From sequence record OR844650.1: DNA of 64,000 nt. One strand, written 5' to 3'. Under the pieces are notes generated by a model. The model did no database searches and was not told the DNA's origin. It worked only from the letters and a program-made list of their open reading frames with translations. A program made the translations under genes and the position numbers. Below are positions 6,488 to 16,652 of this stretch, piece by piece. The first letter of the stretch is position 1, and every line of letters starts with the position of its first letter.

Positions 6488-8635
6488 TTAGAAAACATCG
6501 TCAAGGGTTGCATATTCAACAGTACTGAAACCGTCCTCTTTAACAACTTTGAGGATTTTTTCAGTCTTAGATAGTAACTCTTCTCTGTGGGAAATAGCAT
6601 AAACGTTCTTACCACGTACAGCAGCCATATCTTGGAAGATAGACCACACACGTAGAACACCACTTGAGTCAAGACCTTGGTCAATCATCTCATCAATGAT
6701 AAGAATATTAATACTTTGGTATAATGACTCATATGTATCACGGAAAGCACAAGATAATGCGATGTTTACCCTTGTACGCTCACCTCTACTAAGCTGTTTA
6801 TAGTCAAAGTACTGTCCACTCTTCTCAATTTCAACACTCAAATCATTCAAAAACACAACATTATGCTCAGAACCGCACATATCGATATAGTACTGAAGTC
6901 GTGTATTCAAATATGAGATATTTTGTTCAATAATACGTTTACGGACATAAGAATCCTTGTTTAAAAGTAATTTAACCAAGAAATCTTGGTGATTTGACAT
7001 TTTATCAAGATTATTATAGTCGCTATAATCGATTGGTACTAAAGAATCAGTCTTCAGGGTATTAATTTGGCTAATAAATGTGTTAGTAGTCTTCAATTCA
7101 CGATCTAATTGCTGTGATAATGAATTTACAGTCATTTCTAACTCTTTAACTTCATATTTGTTTAATGTATCTGGAACTTCCATTAGTTCATATGAGTTAA
7201 GTTCATCATATGATGACATAAGTTCATTTGCATAGATGTTTATTTGTTCTTCTTCACTCTTTCTGACCAATTCTTGAAGCTTATGTTCATGCATTTGTGC
7301 TTCTGAAAGTGTATTATAATATGTCACAGGCTTAGGTGGCATATCAAAAATCTCAATACTATCAATTTCTTGAAGTAATGTTTCAATTTCCGAAGAAGAA
7401 CTATCAATTTTAGCTTGAAGATCATTAATAGTACTTTGGATTTTGTCTTTAATTGAAGAAGTATGTTCGTTATGTTCTAATTCAGACATACAAAGTGGAC
7501 ATTTGCTGTTTTCAACTGTTGATAATTTGTCAATTTCAGCATTAATTGAACATTCATATCCTTTTAAAGCTATTTTTAGTGAGTTTAGTTTTTGTTCTTT
7601 GAAACGTTTTTGGTTATTATTCTCTTTTAGAATACCCTCTAACTGTTTCCATATCTCCAACTCATTATGATTTTCCAATTCTGCACTAATATCAATAGTT
7701 TTTAGCTTATCAATGCTTAGATTTAATGCTCTTTTAGATCTTTCAAGTTCACGGTCATATGCATCAAATTTTAAAGCCAACTCTTGTACACGGCGTTCGA
7801 TTTCACCACGCTTTGCGTTATGAATAAGAGCTTTCTCTTTTATGTCAGCAGCTTCATAGAGGTCATTAAAGTCTAAAGTTTTATATATATTCAACTCTTC
7901 ATTTAACTTAGATACTCTATTATTTTTATCAATTTCAAACTGGTTTGCCTGTTCTTGTAGTGCCTCAATACTTTTTTGAATACGTTCATTACTTGCAGCT
8001 ACAGTTTCATTTTTGAACTTTTCTTGTTCGGCTAAACGTTTAGTATCCTTATACATCTCCTTTAGCATTTCAGCTTTTTCCGTCAACTGTGTTATTCCAA
8101 GAAGTTCTTCTATCATATCACGTTGTTTTTGTGTGGATAAAGCTAAGAAAGGTTCAACGTTAGCATTCAGGACTACAATATGTTCAAATAATAATTGAGA
8201 TATACCAAGAATTTCATTCAAATCTTCTTGGGTGTCTTTCTTTTCTCCCCTTGATTCATCTTCAATTTTATTATCTTTCCCTAAAGTAACAAAATTGAAA
8301 TACGTGGGACTTCTCCCACGTTCAACCAAATATTGTACACCATCTTTTTCAAACTCTACAACTACTTCACAATTTTTTCCATTAGTTTTATTGACTAGGT
8401 TAGGAATTTTAATATCGTTACCAATACTTTTACCAAATAATCCAAAAACTAATCCTTGAATAATAGCACTTTTCCCTACACCATTTCGACGTCCGGTACT
8501 GTCACCACCTTCAATAACTGCATCATTATTTTGACCCAGTACTAATGAAATGTCGGAACCATTCAAGTCAATTGATTGTGGTGCATTACCAAATGAAAAG
8601 AAGTTCCTCATAGATATACGTGTAATGTTTAGCAT
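6488..8635 (-). CDS. gp46: Recombination endonuclease ATPase subunit (T4 gp46 / SbcC-Rad50 family)
   Basis: Walker A RNGVGKS, CPLC zinc hook within a coiled coil, signature LSRGE, Walker B LIIDE, ISH. Confidence 0.95.
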   Translation of the reverse strand: MLNITRISMRNFFSFGNAPQSIDLNGSDISLVLGQNNDAVIEGGDSTGRRNGVGKSAIIQGLVFGLFGKSIGNDIKIPNLVNKTNGKNCEVVVEFEKDGVQYLVERGRSPTYFNFVTLGKDNKIEDESRGEKKDTQEDLNEILGISQLLFEHIVVLNANVEPFLALSTQKQRDMIEELLGITQLTEKAEMLKEMYKDTKRLAEQEKFKNETVAASNERIQKSIEALQEQANQFEIDKNNRVSKLNEELNIYKTLDFNDLYEAADIKEKALIHNAKRGEIERRVQELALKFDAYDRELERSKRALNLSIDKLKTIDISAELENHNELEIWKQLEGILKENNNQKRFKEQKLNSLKIALKGYECSINAEIDKLSTVENSKCPLCMSELEHNEHTSSIKDKIQSTINDLQAKIDSSSSEIETLLQEIDSIEIFDMPPKPVTYYNTLSEAQMHEHKLQELVRKSEEEQINIYANELMSSYDELNSYELMEVPDTLNKYEVKELEMTVNSLSQQLDRELKTTNTFISQINTLKTDSLVPIDYSDYNNLDKMSNHQDFLVKLLLNKDSYVRKRIIEQNISYLNTRLQYYIDMCGSEHNVVFLNDLSVEIEKSGQYFDYKQLSRGERTRVNIALSCAFRDTYESLYQSINILIIDEMIDQGLDSSGVLRVWSIFQDMAAVRGKNVYAISHREELLSKTEKILKVVKEDGFSTVEYATLDDVF

Positions 8636-8643
8636 ATAGTCCC

Positions 8644-9675
8644 TTATAACGATCTGTAAATTTGGATTAGAAGATTTTTATCAAACATTGGTGAATCAAT
8701 TTCCATAATTTGCTGCAAAACTATCTCATCAACTGATTCAGTACTTTCAAAACTAACACCATCTTCGATTAATTCTGAAATACTTTGCTTGCTTGTCACA
8801 ACATTAAACTCTCTAATGTTATAAAGTTTAGTAAATGTATCACGAATAAAACTAATCTCATCAGTTGTTATTGATATATCAACTTGAACTTTTGATATTG
8901 TGTTATCTTGTAGATAATAGCTTGGATCAGTCAACAATTCAGAAAGTGTGAATGTTCTATATTTTGGTGCATTATCCCATGACTTGAAAATAGGTTCTTT
9001 TCCATGTTCAAGAATCATCACACCTCTTGCATCATCCCATGTATCGGAAAAATTATGTGGAAAACAATTACCAGTATAAACTACACGAGTTCCTTTTGAA
9101 GTTGTTTTTGACTGCCTTTTATGAAAATGTCCACTAAAAACATACTCACAACCACCAAAAGAACCTTCTGTTTCTTTTCCATGATCAGGCATTTCTACCA
9201 TCTTGTTAAGCAAGTAACCTGGTAACTCTAAGTGACCAAAAACATACTTACTTTTTAGATGAGGTAACAACTTATATTCATCTTCAATCATAAATGGAAT
9301 GAAAGTACAATCATCAAATGTTGTAATTTCATTAATGAATTCTATATTTTCATAAACTTGAGCCATATTGATACTTGTTATATCACGTTTGTTTTTATGA
9401 TACATATCATGGTTGCCTACTAAAAAATATACTTTTTCAAAATTATCATTTAATAATTGAAGAATTTGTAAACCATAGTTTAGTGTTTGGATATTGATAT
9501 TACTTCTATTATGAAAATAATCTCCCATAAAAACACAAACTTTGATATTATTTTTTTTAGATACATCAATCATGAATTTAATGAAGTTTAAACAATCTTC
9601 ATTGTGTTGCTTGCTGTTATTCTTTAAACCTAAGTGAATATCAGTGAATGTAATTGCTTTATCAAACAGAGCCAT
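8644..9675 (-). CDS. gp47: Recombination endonuclease nuclease subunit (T4 gp47 / SbcD-Mre11 family)
   Basis: DIH, GDYFH, GNHD and GHFH phosphoesterase motifs. Start at MALF chosen from RBS spacing; 9681 is an alternative. Confidence 0.95.
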   Translation of the reverse strand: MALFDKAITFTDIHLGLKNNSKQHNEDCLNFIKFMIDVSKKNNIKVCVFMGDYFHNRSNINIQTLNYGLQILQLLNDNFEKVYFLVGNHDMYHKNKRDITSINMAQVYENIEFINEITTFDDCTFIPFMIEDEYKLLPHLKSKYVFGHLELPGYLLNKMVEMPDHGKETEGSFGGCEYVFSGHFHKRQSKTTSKGTRVVYTGNCFPHNFSDTWDDARGVMILEHGKEPIFKSWDNAPKYRTFTLSELLTDPSYYLQDNTISKVQVDISITTDEISFIRDTFTKLYNIREFNVVTSKQSISELIEDGVSFESTESVDEIVLQQIMEIDSPMFDKNLLIQIYRSL

Positions 9676-10501
9676 CTTCATTTTTCCTTTCAATCATGTT
9701 CAATTCAATTTCAATTTGACGTGTATGTGATGGCGTAAAGCCATGCATTTCAAGTAAATCATCACGTATATTTCGAACATTTTTCTCACTATTCAATATA
9801 GAACGAAAACTATTGTTTACGAATGATGTATAGTAAGAGAAAGGATTTAGCTGAACTGCTGGTTTATCTTTTTTATAAAGAATGCTCTCTTTAAAGAGAA
9901 GTGCGTTTTTAACTAATTGTATTCTTGCATCACCCATCATTTCATCTAAGTATGTATAGTTTCTGTAATTAGATTTATGAGAGATTTCCTCAGCAAGTTT
10001 AATGAACATCTTCCCTAGTTCATTTGTAATTTTACCATGAACAGTACTGAATTCACCAGTTTCAAGATCTCCTTTCCAATGAGAACGACATACTTCATAG
10101 AGAATTCCTTCATTATCTACAATGTAATGCTTGAATGGTTCAAAGTTAACTCTAGTGTCGGGTGGAATATGTTCATCAGTGATAACACGAATAACAACTT
10201 CATCGATTGGAACATCAGTGATAACTAAATTATTTTCATCTGCATATTCTTTAGCTTTTTTAGCACTCATACTTTCCTTTTCACGAATACTATCAAGCAT
10301 TTCATTGTTTAGTCGTTTGATTCGTGCTGCTTTGGCTTTTTCAAGTAACTCAGCAGTAATTTCTGACTCATGAAAAACAATATAATCATACATACTATAT
10401 GATTTGTCTAATAACCAGCAGTATGAAATCTTACTTTTTTGTATTTCACGAAGTAAATCAGCATTATTGAGATACTTTTTACGCTTTGGCCTATTTGTCA
10501 T
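9662..10501 (-). CDS. gp55: Late-transcription sigma factor (T4 gp55-like)
   Basis: YLNNADLL N-terminus; ELGKMFIKLAEEISHKSNYRNYTYLDEMMGD and NPFSYYTSFVNNSF motifs; lies upstream of gp47/gp46. Confidence 0.85.
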   Translation of the reverse strand: MTNRPKRKKYLNNADLLREIQKSKISYCWLLDKSYSMYDYIVFHESEITAELLEKAKAARIKRLNNEMLDSIREKESMSAKKAKEYADENNLVITDVPIDEVVIRVITDEHIPPDTRVNFEPFKHYIVDNEGILYEVCRSHWKGDLETGEFSTVHGKITNELGKMFIKLAEEISHKSNYRNYTYLDEMMGDARIQLVKNALLFKESILYKKDKPAVQLNPFSYYTSFVNNSFRSILNSEKNVRNIRDDLLEMHGFTPSHTRQIEIELNMIERKNEDGSV

Positions 10502-10558
10502 TGTATTTTACTCTCCATGTTTAAATCCAATAGGTACAATCCTTGTACCATCAATGTT

Positions 10559-10588
10559 ATTATAGCACCAAAAAGCATTTTGTCCCAC
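10559..10588 (-). promoter_or_regulatory. Promoter GTGGGACA-N16-TATAAT driving gp55-47-46
   Basis: Minus strand reads GTGGGACAaaatgctttttggtgcTATAAT. Confidence 0.65.
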
Positions 10589-10589
10589 G

Positions 10590-10597
10590 TATAAATA
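10590..10597 (+). promoter_or_regulatory. T4-type late promoter (TATAAATA) for the baseplate operon
   Basis: Exact consensus, 36 nt before ATG 10633. Confidence 0.8.
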
Positions 10598-10632
10598 CAT
10601 CAAATGTTCCCTTATTATGGAGAATCAAAAAG

Positions 10633-11364
10633 ATGATTGATCGTAGAATTCGATTACGACCTAAAGCCGCAGGTGCTAACTATGTATATGGTGATTTCGG
10701 GGATAGCTCCGAACCAACACTACTTTCGTTTCTGCGTCCAACTAATGGGTTGGTTTGGACTGTAACACCAACAATTACTGAACAAAGGTCAATTCAGTAT
10801 GAAACACAGTCTCCTATACATACCAACAGTAACTATAACAACTATAAGAACACTACTAATACAGTTTTCACTATTCAGGGTGAATTTTATGCAAATACAG
10901 CAGCAGAAGCTATGTATGCGTTGGCATGTGTTCATTTTATACGTTCTGTTTCATTGATGGATTTTGGTAGACAAGCTGCTTCGGCTAATAACCCCGAACT
11001 CGCAATTGCGGGTGCACCACCACCAATCTTACTTCTAAGTGGATATGGTCGTTATACATATAATGATATTCCTGTTATTTTAAAATCTTATAATTTTACT
11101 TACCCAAATGATGTTTCTTATATTCAAGTTCCATTGAATAGTAGCGATAGTACTTTTAATTTATCCGACATGGATAGTAGAAAATTCTTCGAACAACTTA
11201 GAAGTACTGGATATATGAACCCACAAGATGAAGTTTGGGTTCCACAAAAAATTTCAGTTATGTTACAACTTGAAGAACAACCTACATCTGATTATATGAC
11301 TAAAACGTTCAACCTAAATGCATTTAAACGTGGTGAACTATTACGTAAAGGAGGATTTATTTAA
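10633..11364 (+). CDS. Baseplate tail-tube initiator-like protein (gp48/P2 gpU-type fold)
   Basis: GAPPPILLLSGYG...IPVILKSYNFTYPNDVSYI motif; precedes a LysM/gp53-like gene and the hub gene. Start moved to 10633 (RBS GGAG, downstream of the late promoter). Confidence 0.55.
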   Translation: MIDRRIRLRPKAAGANYVYGDFGDSSEPTLLSFLRPTNGLVWTVTPTITEQRSIQYETQSPIHTNSNYNNYKNTTNTVFTIQGEFYANTAAEAMYALACVHFIRSVSLMDFGRQAASANNPELAIAGAPPPILLLSGYGRYTYNDIPVILKSYNFTYPNDVSYIQVPLNSSDSTFNLSDMDSRKFFEQLRSTGYMNPQDEVWVPQKISVMLQLEEQPTSDYMTKTFNLNAFKRGELLRKGGFI

Positions 11365-11678
11365 TGTCCAACTATAGTCAATACTCACCTTACGCTAAGG
11401 TGAAACAAACATGGTATCTTGGGTATAATTTACCACGTGATATTGTTCCGGCTGATACTGATGATTTTTATGAGATCCCATTGAAATATGAATATCAACC
11501 TTGGCGTTTAGCATACGAAATGTATGGTAATGAACGCTTATATTATATTTTCGCATTGTTAAATCCAGACATACTAGGAGAAGATCCTATATATAATTTT
11601 AAAAGTGGAGTAACAATTAGAATACCAGCAAATCAAAGAGTACAGAATTATCTTAATGGTACTCGAAACATAGGCTAA
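11364..11678 (+). CDS. Baseplate wedge subunit (T4 gp53 / P2 gpX LysM-like)
   Basis: YEYQPWRLAYEMYGNERLYYIFALLN...F..G..IRIP is the typical motif. Confidence 0.7.
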   Translation: MSNYSQYSPYAKVKQTWYLGYNLPRDIVPADTDDFYEIPLKYEYQPWRLAYEMYGNERLYYIFALLNPDILGEDPIYNFKSGVTIRIPANQRVQNYLNGTRNIG

Positions 11679-11689
11679 TGGAGTAACGT

Positions 11690-13939
11690 ATGGCAGATTT
11701 ACGAAGTACAGTTGATAATTTTCAAAATGATATTACAAGTATTACTGGTAAGGCTAAAACCACCACATCTAATGCACTTGATAGTTTGAAAGCTACAGCA
11801 AATACATTACAAAATGATGTAAAAACTATTACAAAAAATAATTACAAAGCAAATGTAAGTAATGTAGTATCATTACCAAAACAAAGTGCTAGTGTTGATC
11901 AAGTTTATGAAGATCTCGATTTAAGTCAGTTTGTAATACCGTATGACAATAAATTATTGAAATATGATAACCCAACTTGGCACTTTTGTTTATTTGCCTT
12001 AGATAAAGATGATTTTAAAAACTTTTGGCTTTACCCAGATGCAGAAGTGCAACGACATGTGATATCAGAAAGTGGTGTTACTGGCAAATATAATATCACT
12101 AGTGTACAAATGACACAAGCTGGACCTTCAACACCAGGAATGACAACAAACTATTGTTTTAATACAGCAGTACTTAATATGTCTGAAAATAATAGTATGA
12201 GTCTATATGATGAATTAATTTCGTTAAGTAACAAACTTAGATATCATAAATTTATGGACTTGCCATTGATCTTGGAATTAAAGTTTATTGGCTTTAATAA
12301 AAATGGAATACCTGAAATTATCCCAGAAACAACAAGACGCTGGTCAGTTAAAATTAATAGTGTTACTGCAAGTGCTTCACAAAGTGGTAGTACTATGATG
12401 TATACTATGAACTTAGTTCATAATAGAGCAGCTTTAGTTGATAACATTGAATGGACCTTAAAAGAACCATTCAATTGTACTGCTGAAAACTTTGGTGACT
12501 TCTGCTTTGATTTAGAAGATAAATTAAATCAGATGGCTGACCAACAATATGGTTATCTTAGATATAAATTTGGTGAATTATCCGAAGGTAAATTTTTCGA
12601 ATTTAAAGTAGCACCTGATTTGCAAGATTTGTTTATAAACTATGATTCTAAACAAATGGCAGAGGCCGGAACAACTAAAAGTGGTGCACAAGGTTCTAAA
12701 AACTTTTCATGGAACCCAAGTACTCCTATATCTCGAATTATTGATGACGTTATTGATACATGTACTGTACAAGCCGATGATAGTACTAGTGTGCGTCAAT
12801 TTGTAAACATTATACCAGTTAAACAATACGTTGGTTTTGATAATTATCGTAATACTTCTGTTTATAAAGTAATTTTTTATATTGTTAGATTTAAAATAGG
12901 TGATATTGTTCATGAATCGGATTTACAACCTGAAAATTTCACATTTGAGTACTTTTTTGAGAACGCAGAAAAATACGTAGATCCTAATGATCAAAAACCA
13001 AAAATAAACATGAAAACTTATAATTATCAATTTAGTGGACTTAATAGTGAGATACTTGATTTGGATTTGAAATTTGATCAGCAATTTTTCGTAGCCACTA
13101 CACGTAACCCTGGTCCGATACAAGATGTAGCGAACCATGCAGGTACACATACATCCCAAGAACTCAATATTCAAGGTGTACAATACAATAGTATACCAGA
13201 CGCATGGGCAAAAACAAGTGATTTACGTGTAACTCGTGATTTAGGAGGGATGTTAACACAAGCCCAACAACAATTGTTAACTGAAGTTGAAACTTTAGCA
13301 AAAAATCAAATGCAGGTTGGTAACGCAGAAGAACAAGACCGTTATAATAACTATCAAGTCAATGTTTTACCTCAATATATTGAAGATTATGTAACCACTT
13401 ATGAAGAAAACGATGGCGGTACTGATGGTGTTGGTCACCGTTATGGTGAAGTGTTCACAATGCCAACCGAAGCAACTAACAATGAAACAACTTTATCCGC
13501 TTCGTTAAACGATAACAGCAGCACATATGAAATGGATAGACGTAAAATACGTGACAACTATTACAATAGACCTTTTTTGTGTAAACTCGATATGCGTGTA
13601 GTAGGCGACCCGTACTGGTTAGGGTGGAGTGATTACTCTTACTTACAATATCTAGAACAAGTAATTAATGGTGAAGATATGGAAATTAACCCAGATGATT
13701 ATCATGTAGCAAATTATATAACATCTGAAGCGTATCTATTACTAAAATTACAACCAGTAATATCAATAAATGATAACACTGGTGTTTTGGATATTAATAC
13801 ACCAACCACATTTAACCAAACAATTTATCGTGTTAATAAAATTGTTCATGATTTTGGTGCAGGTGGTTCTTTTACACAACAAATTCAAGCTGCAATTGTA
13901 ATTCGTGCACTCAAACGTCACGATAGTATAGTTGATTAA
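11690..13939 (+). CDS. Baseplate hub protein (gp27/VgrG N-terminal-like)
   Basis: 749 aa between the gp53-like and gp5-like genes; C-terminal 'MRVVGDPYWL...YRVNKIVHDFGAGGSFTQQI' hub motif. Confidence 0.6.
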   Translation: MADLRSTVDNFQNDITSITGKAKTTTSNALDSLKATANTLQNDVKTITKNNYKANVSNVVSLPKQSASVDQVYEDLDLSQFVIPYDNKLLKYDNPTWHFCLFALDKDDFKNFWLYPDAEVQRHVISESGVTGKYNITSVQMTQAGPSTPGMTTNYCFNTAVLNMSENNSMSLYDELISLSNKLRYHKFMDLPLILELKFIGFNKNGIPEIIPETTRRWSVKINSVTASASQSGSTMMYTMNLVHNRAALVDNIEWTLKEPFNCTAENFGDFCFDLEDKLNQMADQQYGYLRYKFGELSEGKFFEFKVAPDLQDLFINYDSKQMAEAGTTKSGAQGSKNFSWNPSTPISRIIDDVIDTCTVQADDSTSVRQFVNIIPVKQYVGFDNYRNTSVYKVIFYIVRFKIGDIVHESDLQPENFTFEYFFENAEKYVDPNDQKPKINMKTYNYQFSGLNSEILDLDLKFDQQFFVATTRNPGPIQDVANHAGTHTSQELNIQGVQYNSIPDAWAKTSDLRVTRDLGGMLTQAQQQLLTEVETLAKNQMQVGNAEEQDRYNNYQVNVLPQYIEDYVTTYEENDGGTDGVGHRYGEVFTMPTEATNNETTLSASLNDNSSTYEMDRRKIRDNYYNRPFLCKLDMRVVGDPYWLGWSDYSYLQYLEQVINGEDMEINPDDYHVANYITSEAYLLLKLQPVISINDNTGVLDINTPTTFNQTIYRVNKIVHDFGAGGSFTQQIQAAIVIRALKRHDSIVD

Positions 13940-13952
13940 GGAATAAAATATT

Positions 13953-16616
13953 ATGGCAGATACAAGTAAAAAGTATGCACAACAGCAGTTGGGTCGTTTT
14001 GACCCATCTTATCCGCAGTTAGCAACTGTTATGGATAACAGAGATCCAACTAAATCAGGAAAACTGAAAGTTTGGATACAAGGTTCTCAAAGTGATAAAA
14101 ACTCAAAAGAATCATGGATAGAAGCATCTTACATGTCTCCTTTTGCTGGTAAAACACCAGGTATTCCAAGTGCTGATGCATATGGTCAATATCCAAAAGG
14201 ATACGGTTTTTGGGCAGTACCACCAGACGTAGGGTGTACAGTTGTTGTAATTTTTGCACAAGCCCGTACATTCCAAGCATATTGGATTGGTTGTGTATAT
14301 GACCAGCGTATGAATACTATGGTTCCAGGTATGGCAACTGAAGTAAGTAATTATGGTGGAACTGATATGCCACTTCCTGTTACTGACTATGATCGTAACA
14401 CTATCACTACCGATATGCAAGACAAATATGCTAACGTTCCAATTATCGCAGGTCTTAAAAAGCAAAACCTTTTATATGACGAAGAAGCTGGGTTGGCGAA
14501 TCGTAGTAGTACTCGACAAACCACCAGTACTGTATATGGTATGTCTTCGCCACGTGGTAATAGTTTTATTATTGATGATGGATATACTGAAGAGGAATTA
14601 ACAGCACCAACGTGGGATCAAGACCCAGATGGATATCAAGATACACAATTTAATAACCCAGTAAACGATACACGTGTTGGTTCTCGTAAAAATGAAGGTG
14701 TCGTAATAAAAACACGTAGTGGTGCACAACTTCTTTTATCAGAAGCTACTGGTGATGTTCTTTTAATTAACCGTGATGGCACTGCACGTATAAAATTCAC
14801 TGGTGAAGGTGATATTGACATGCACTGTGATAAGAATATTAATATTCGTGCTGGTCAAGATATTAATATTACTGCTGGACGTTCATATAATATTGAAACC
14901 GGACAAGATTTCAATGCACGAGTTGGTGCAAATACTAAATTAGATCTAATTGGTGCTCTTGATGCAAAAGTTGGTGGACAAGTTGTTGTTAATTCTGGGG
15001 CAGACCTTCGTTTAGTTACTGCTGCATCATTACGTATGCAAAGTGGTAGCAGTACTGATATTACGGCTGGTTCAAATGCTTCTATTTCTGCCGCAACATC
15101 TGCAAACCTAATTGGATCATCATCAGCAATTATTAGTGGTGGTGGTCAAACATTAACAGTTAATAGTGGTGGTAATAGCGGTACTGCTGAATTTACTGCA
15201 CCAAACTTTAGAACACCATCTGCTGGTCTTAATGAACACATTCATGATATTGCTGCATGGGTTAACGCTGAAAATCATGGTAGTTATGTTGAACCACCAA
15301 GACAAGGTGGTGGAAGTGGTTCTAGTGAATCACCAGTACAACCACAACCAGCAAATGATGTATCACCAGAATTACCCGTAGCACAAGACACTGAAGCTGT
15401 TCAGTTTGTTAACTATACATCAGAAACTGAACAAGTTCAATCACAAGATTTGATGACATCTGATCCTGGGATGACTGGATATAGTATTACATATGAAGGT
15501 TTACATATGTTAATGCCATGTAGCGGTACTATTCGACAATATGGTTACTGGGGGAAAGGTGTTCCAACACAAAGTGGAGGAAAGGCAGACCGTTCAGGTT
15601 GGGAAATACAATGTAAAGGTGATGTAGTTGCACCAGATGGTGGTGTGGTAGTAATTACTAATGGTGCTCTTTTAATACAACATAAGTCTGGATATAAATC
15701 TATTTTTTATAATATTCAATCTGATTTATTAAACAAAGATGTTGTTCAAAAAGGTCAAGTTGTTGGAAAAGCAAATGGTGTCATACAGTTTGAAATTCGT
15801 GTTACATCAGCAAATGTTCTTGGATTCAGTGGTTCTGTTGACCCAGGATTATTTTATGCTTCACAAACAGGAACAGGGTCTGATGCGGCGAATAAAACAT
15901 TAATTGGTGGTCAAGCAACTAATCAATCTGCTCCAAAAGCAGTTGTACAACCTTCAGTTGATAGTGATGAATTGGTAGTTACAACAAAAATCAAAACGAT
16001 AGGTACTGGATATTCTCAACGTGGTTCTCGTCATGTGCCTCGTAGAAGAAGAACACAGAGAAGTGGAGCTTCAACAACTCCGGTGGAGCAACCTACCTAT
16101 AATATTGGAAATGTTGATAAAACTGCAATCGATTGGAAAGTTGTTCCAGGTGATGCACAATTTATTTCTGAATTAAAAGAATATGAAGGTACATTACAAT
16201 ACCAACAAGCAAAAGGATATTATCGTAATGGTAAATTCTGGCGTTATTTGGATAGTCGTGGGTATCCAACTATTGGTTATGGTCACTTGATTATTAGTGG
16301 TGAAAACTTTTCAGATGGAATAACTGAACAGCAAGCCAACGATATGTTAGTTCGTGATAGTAGTAAAGCTATATATGATGCTAAATCAATTTATGCTTCA
16401 TATAACATGAAAACACCTTATTTGGCTCAACAAGTACTATGCCAAATGGTATTCCAGATGGGTAAAGGTGGGGTACTTAAATTTAAAACTATGTTGTCTG
16501 AATTAGCTAAAGGTAATTATAAACAAGCTGCTGCTCAAATACGTAATTCAGCTTGGTATCGCCAAACTACTCGCCGTGCTGAGTTAATGGCTCGTCGTTT
16601 AGAGGCATGTCAATAA
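13953..16616 (+). CDS. gp5: Central spike / tail lysozyme (gp5-like): OB fold, beta-helix, M23-like domain, GH24 lysozyme
   Basis: N-terminal VMDNRDPTKSGKLKVWI...GFWAVPPDVGCTVVVIF (gp5 OB fold), 8-residue beta-helix repeats, HIH motif, C-terminal YLDSRGYPTIGYGHL lysozyme. Confidence 0.85.
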   Translation: MADTSKKYAQQQLGRFDPSYPQLATVMDNRDPTKSGKLKVWIQGSQSDKNSKESWIEASYMSPFAGKTPGIPSADAYGQYPKGYGFWAVPPDVGCTVVVIFAQARTFQAYWIGCVYDQRMNTMVPGMATEVSNYGGTDMPLPVTDYDRNTITTDMQDKYANVPIIAGLKKQNLLYDEEAGLANRSSTRQTTSTVYGMSSPRGNSFIIDDGYTEEELTAPTWDQDPDGYQDTQFNNPVNDTRVGSRKNEGVVIKTRSGAQLLLSEATGDVLLINRDGTARIKFTGEGDIDMHCDKNINIRAGQDINITAGRSYNIETGQDFNARVGANTKLDLIGALDAKVGGQVVVNSGADLRLVTAASLRMQSGSSTDITAGSNASISAATSANLIGSSSAIISGGGQTLTVNSGGNSGTAEFTAPNFRTPSAGLNEHIHDIAAWVNAENHGSYVEPPRQGGGSGSSESPVQPQPANDVSPELPVAQDTEAVQFVNYTSETEQVQSQDLMTSDPGMTGYSITYEGLHMLMPCSGTIRQYGYWGKGVPTQSGGKADRSGWEIQCKGDVVAPDGGVVVITNGALLIQHKSGYKSIFYNIQSDLLNKDVVQKGQVVGKANGVIQFEIRVTSANVLGFSGSVDPGLFYASQTGTGSDAANKTLIGGQATNQSAPKAVVQPSVDSDELVVTTKIKTIGTGYSQRGSRHVPRRRRTQRSGASTTPVEQPTYNIGNVDKTAIDWKVVPGDAQFISELKEYEGTLQYQQAKGYYRNGKFWRYLDSRGYPTIGYGHLIISGENFSDGITEQQANDMLVRDSSKAIYDAKSIYASYNMKTPYLAQQVLCQMVFQMGKGGVLKFKTMLSELAKGNYKQAAAQIRNSAWYRQTTRRAELMARRLEACQ

Positions 16617-16628
16617 ATATTTTAGTAC

Positions 16629-16636
16629 TATAAATA
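16629..16636 (+). promoter_or_regulatory. T4-type late promoter (TATAAATA)
   Basis: Exact consensus directly upstream of the stand-alone lysozyme RBS. Confidence 0.75.
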
Positions 16637-16652
16637 AAACGAGGATATCTTT

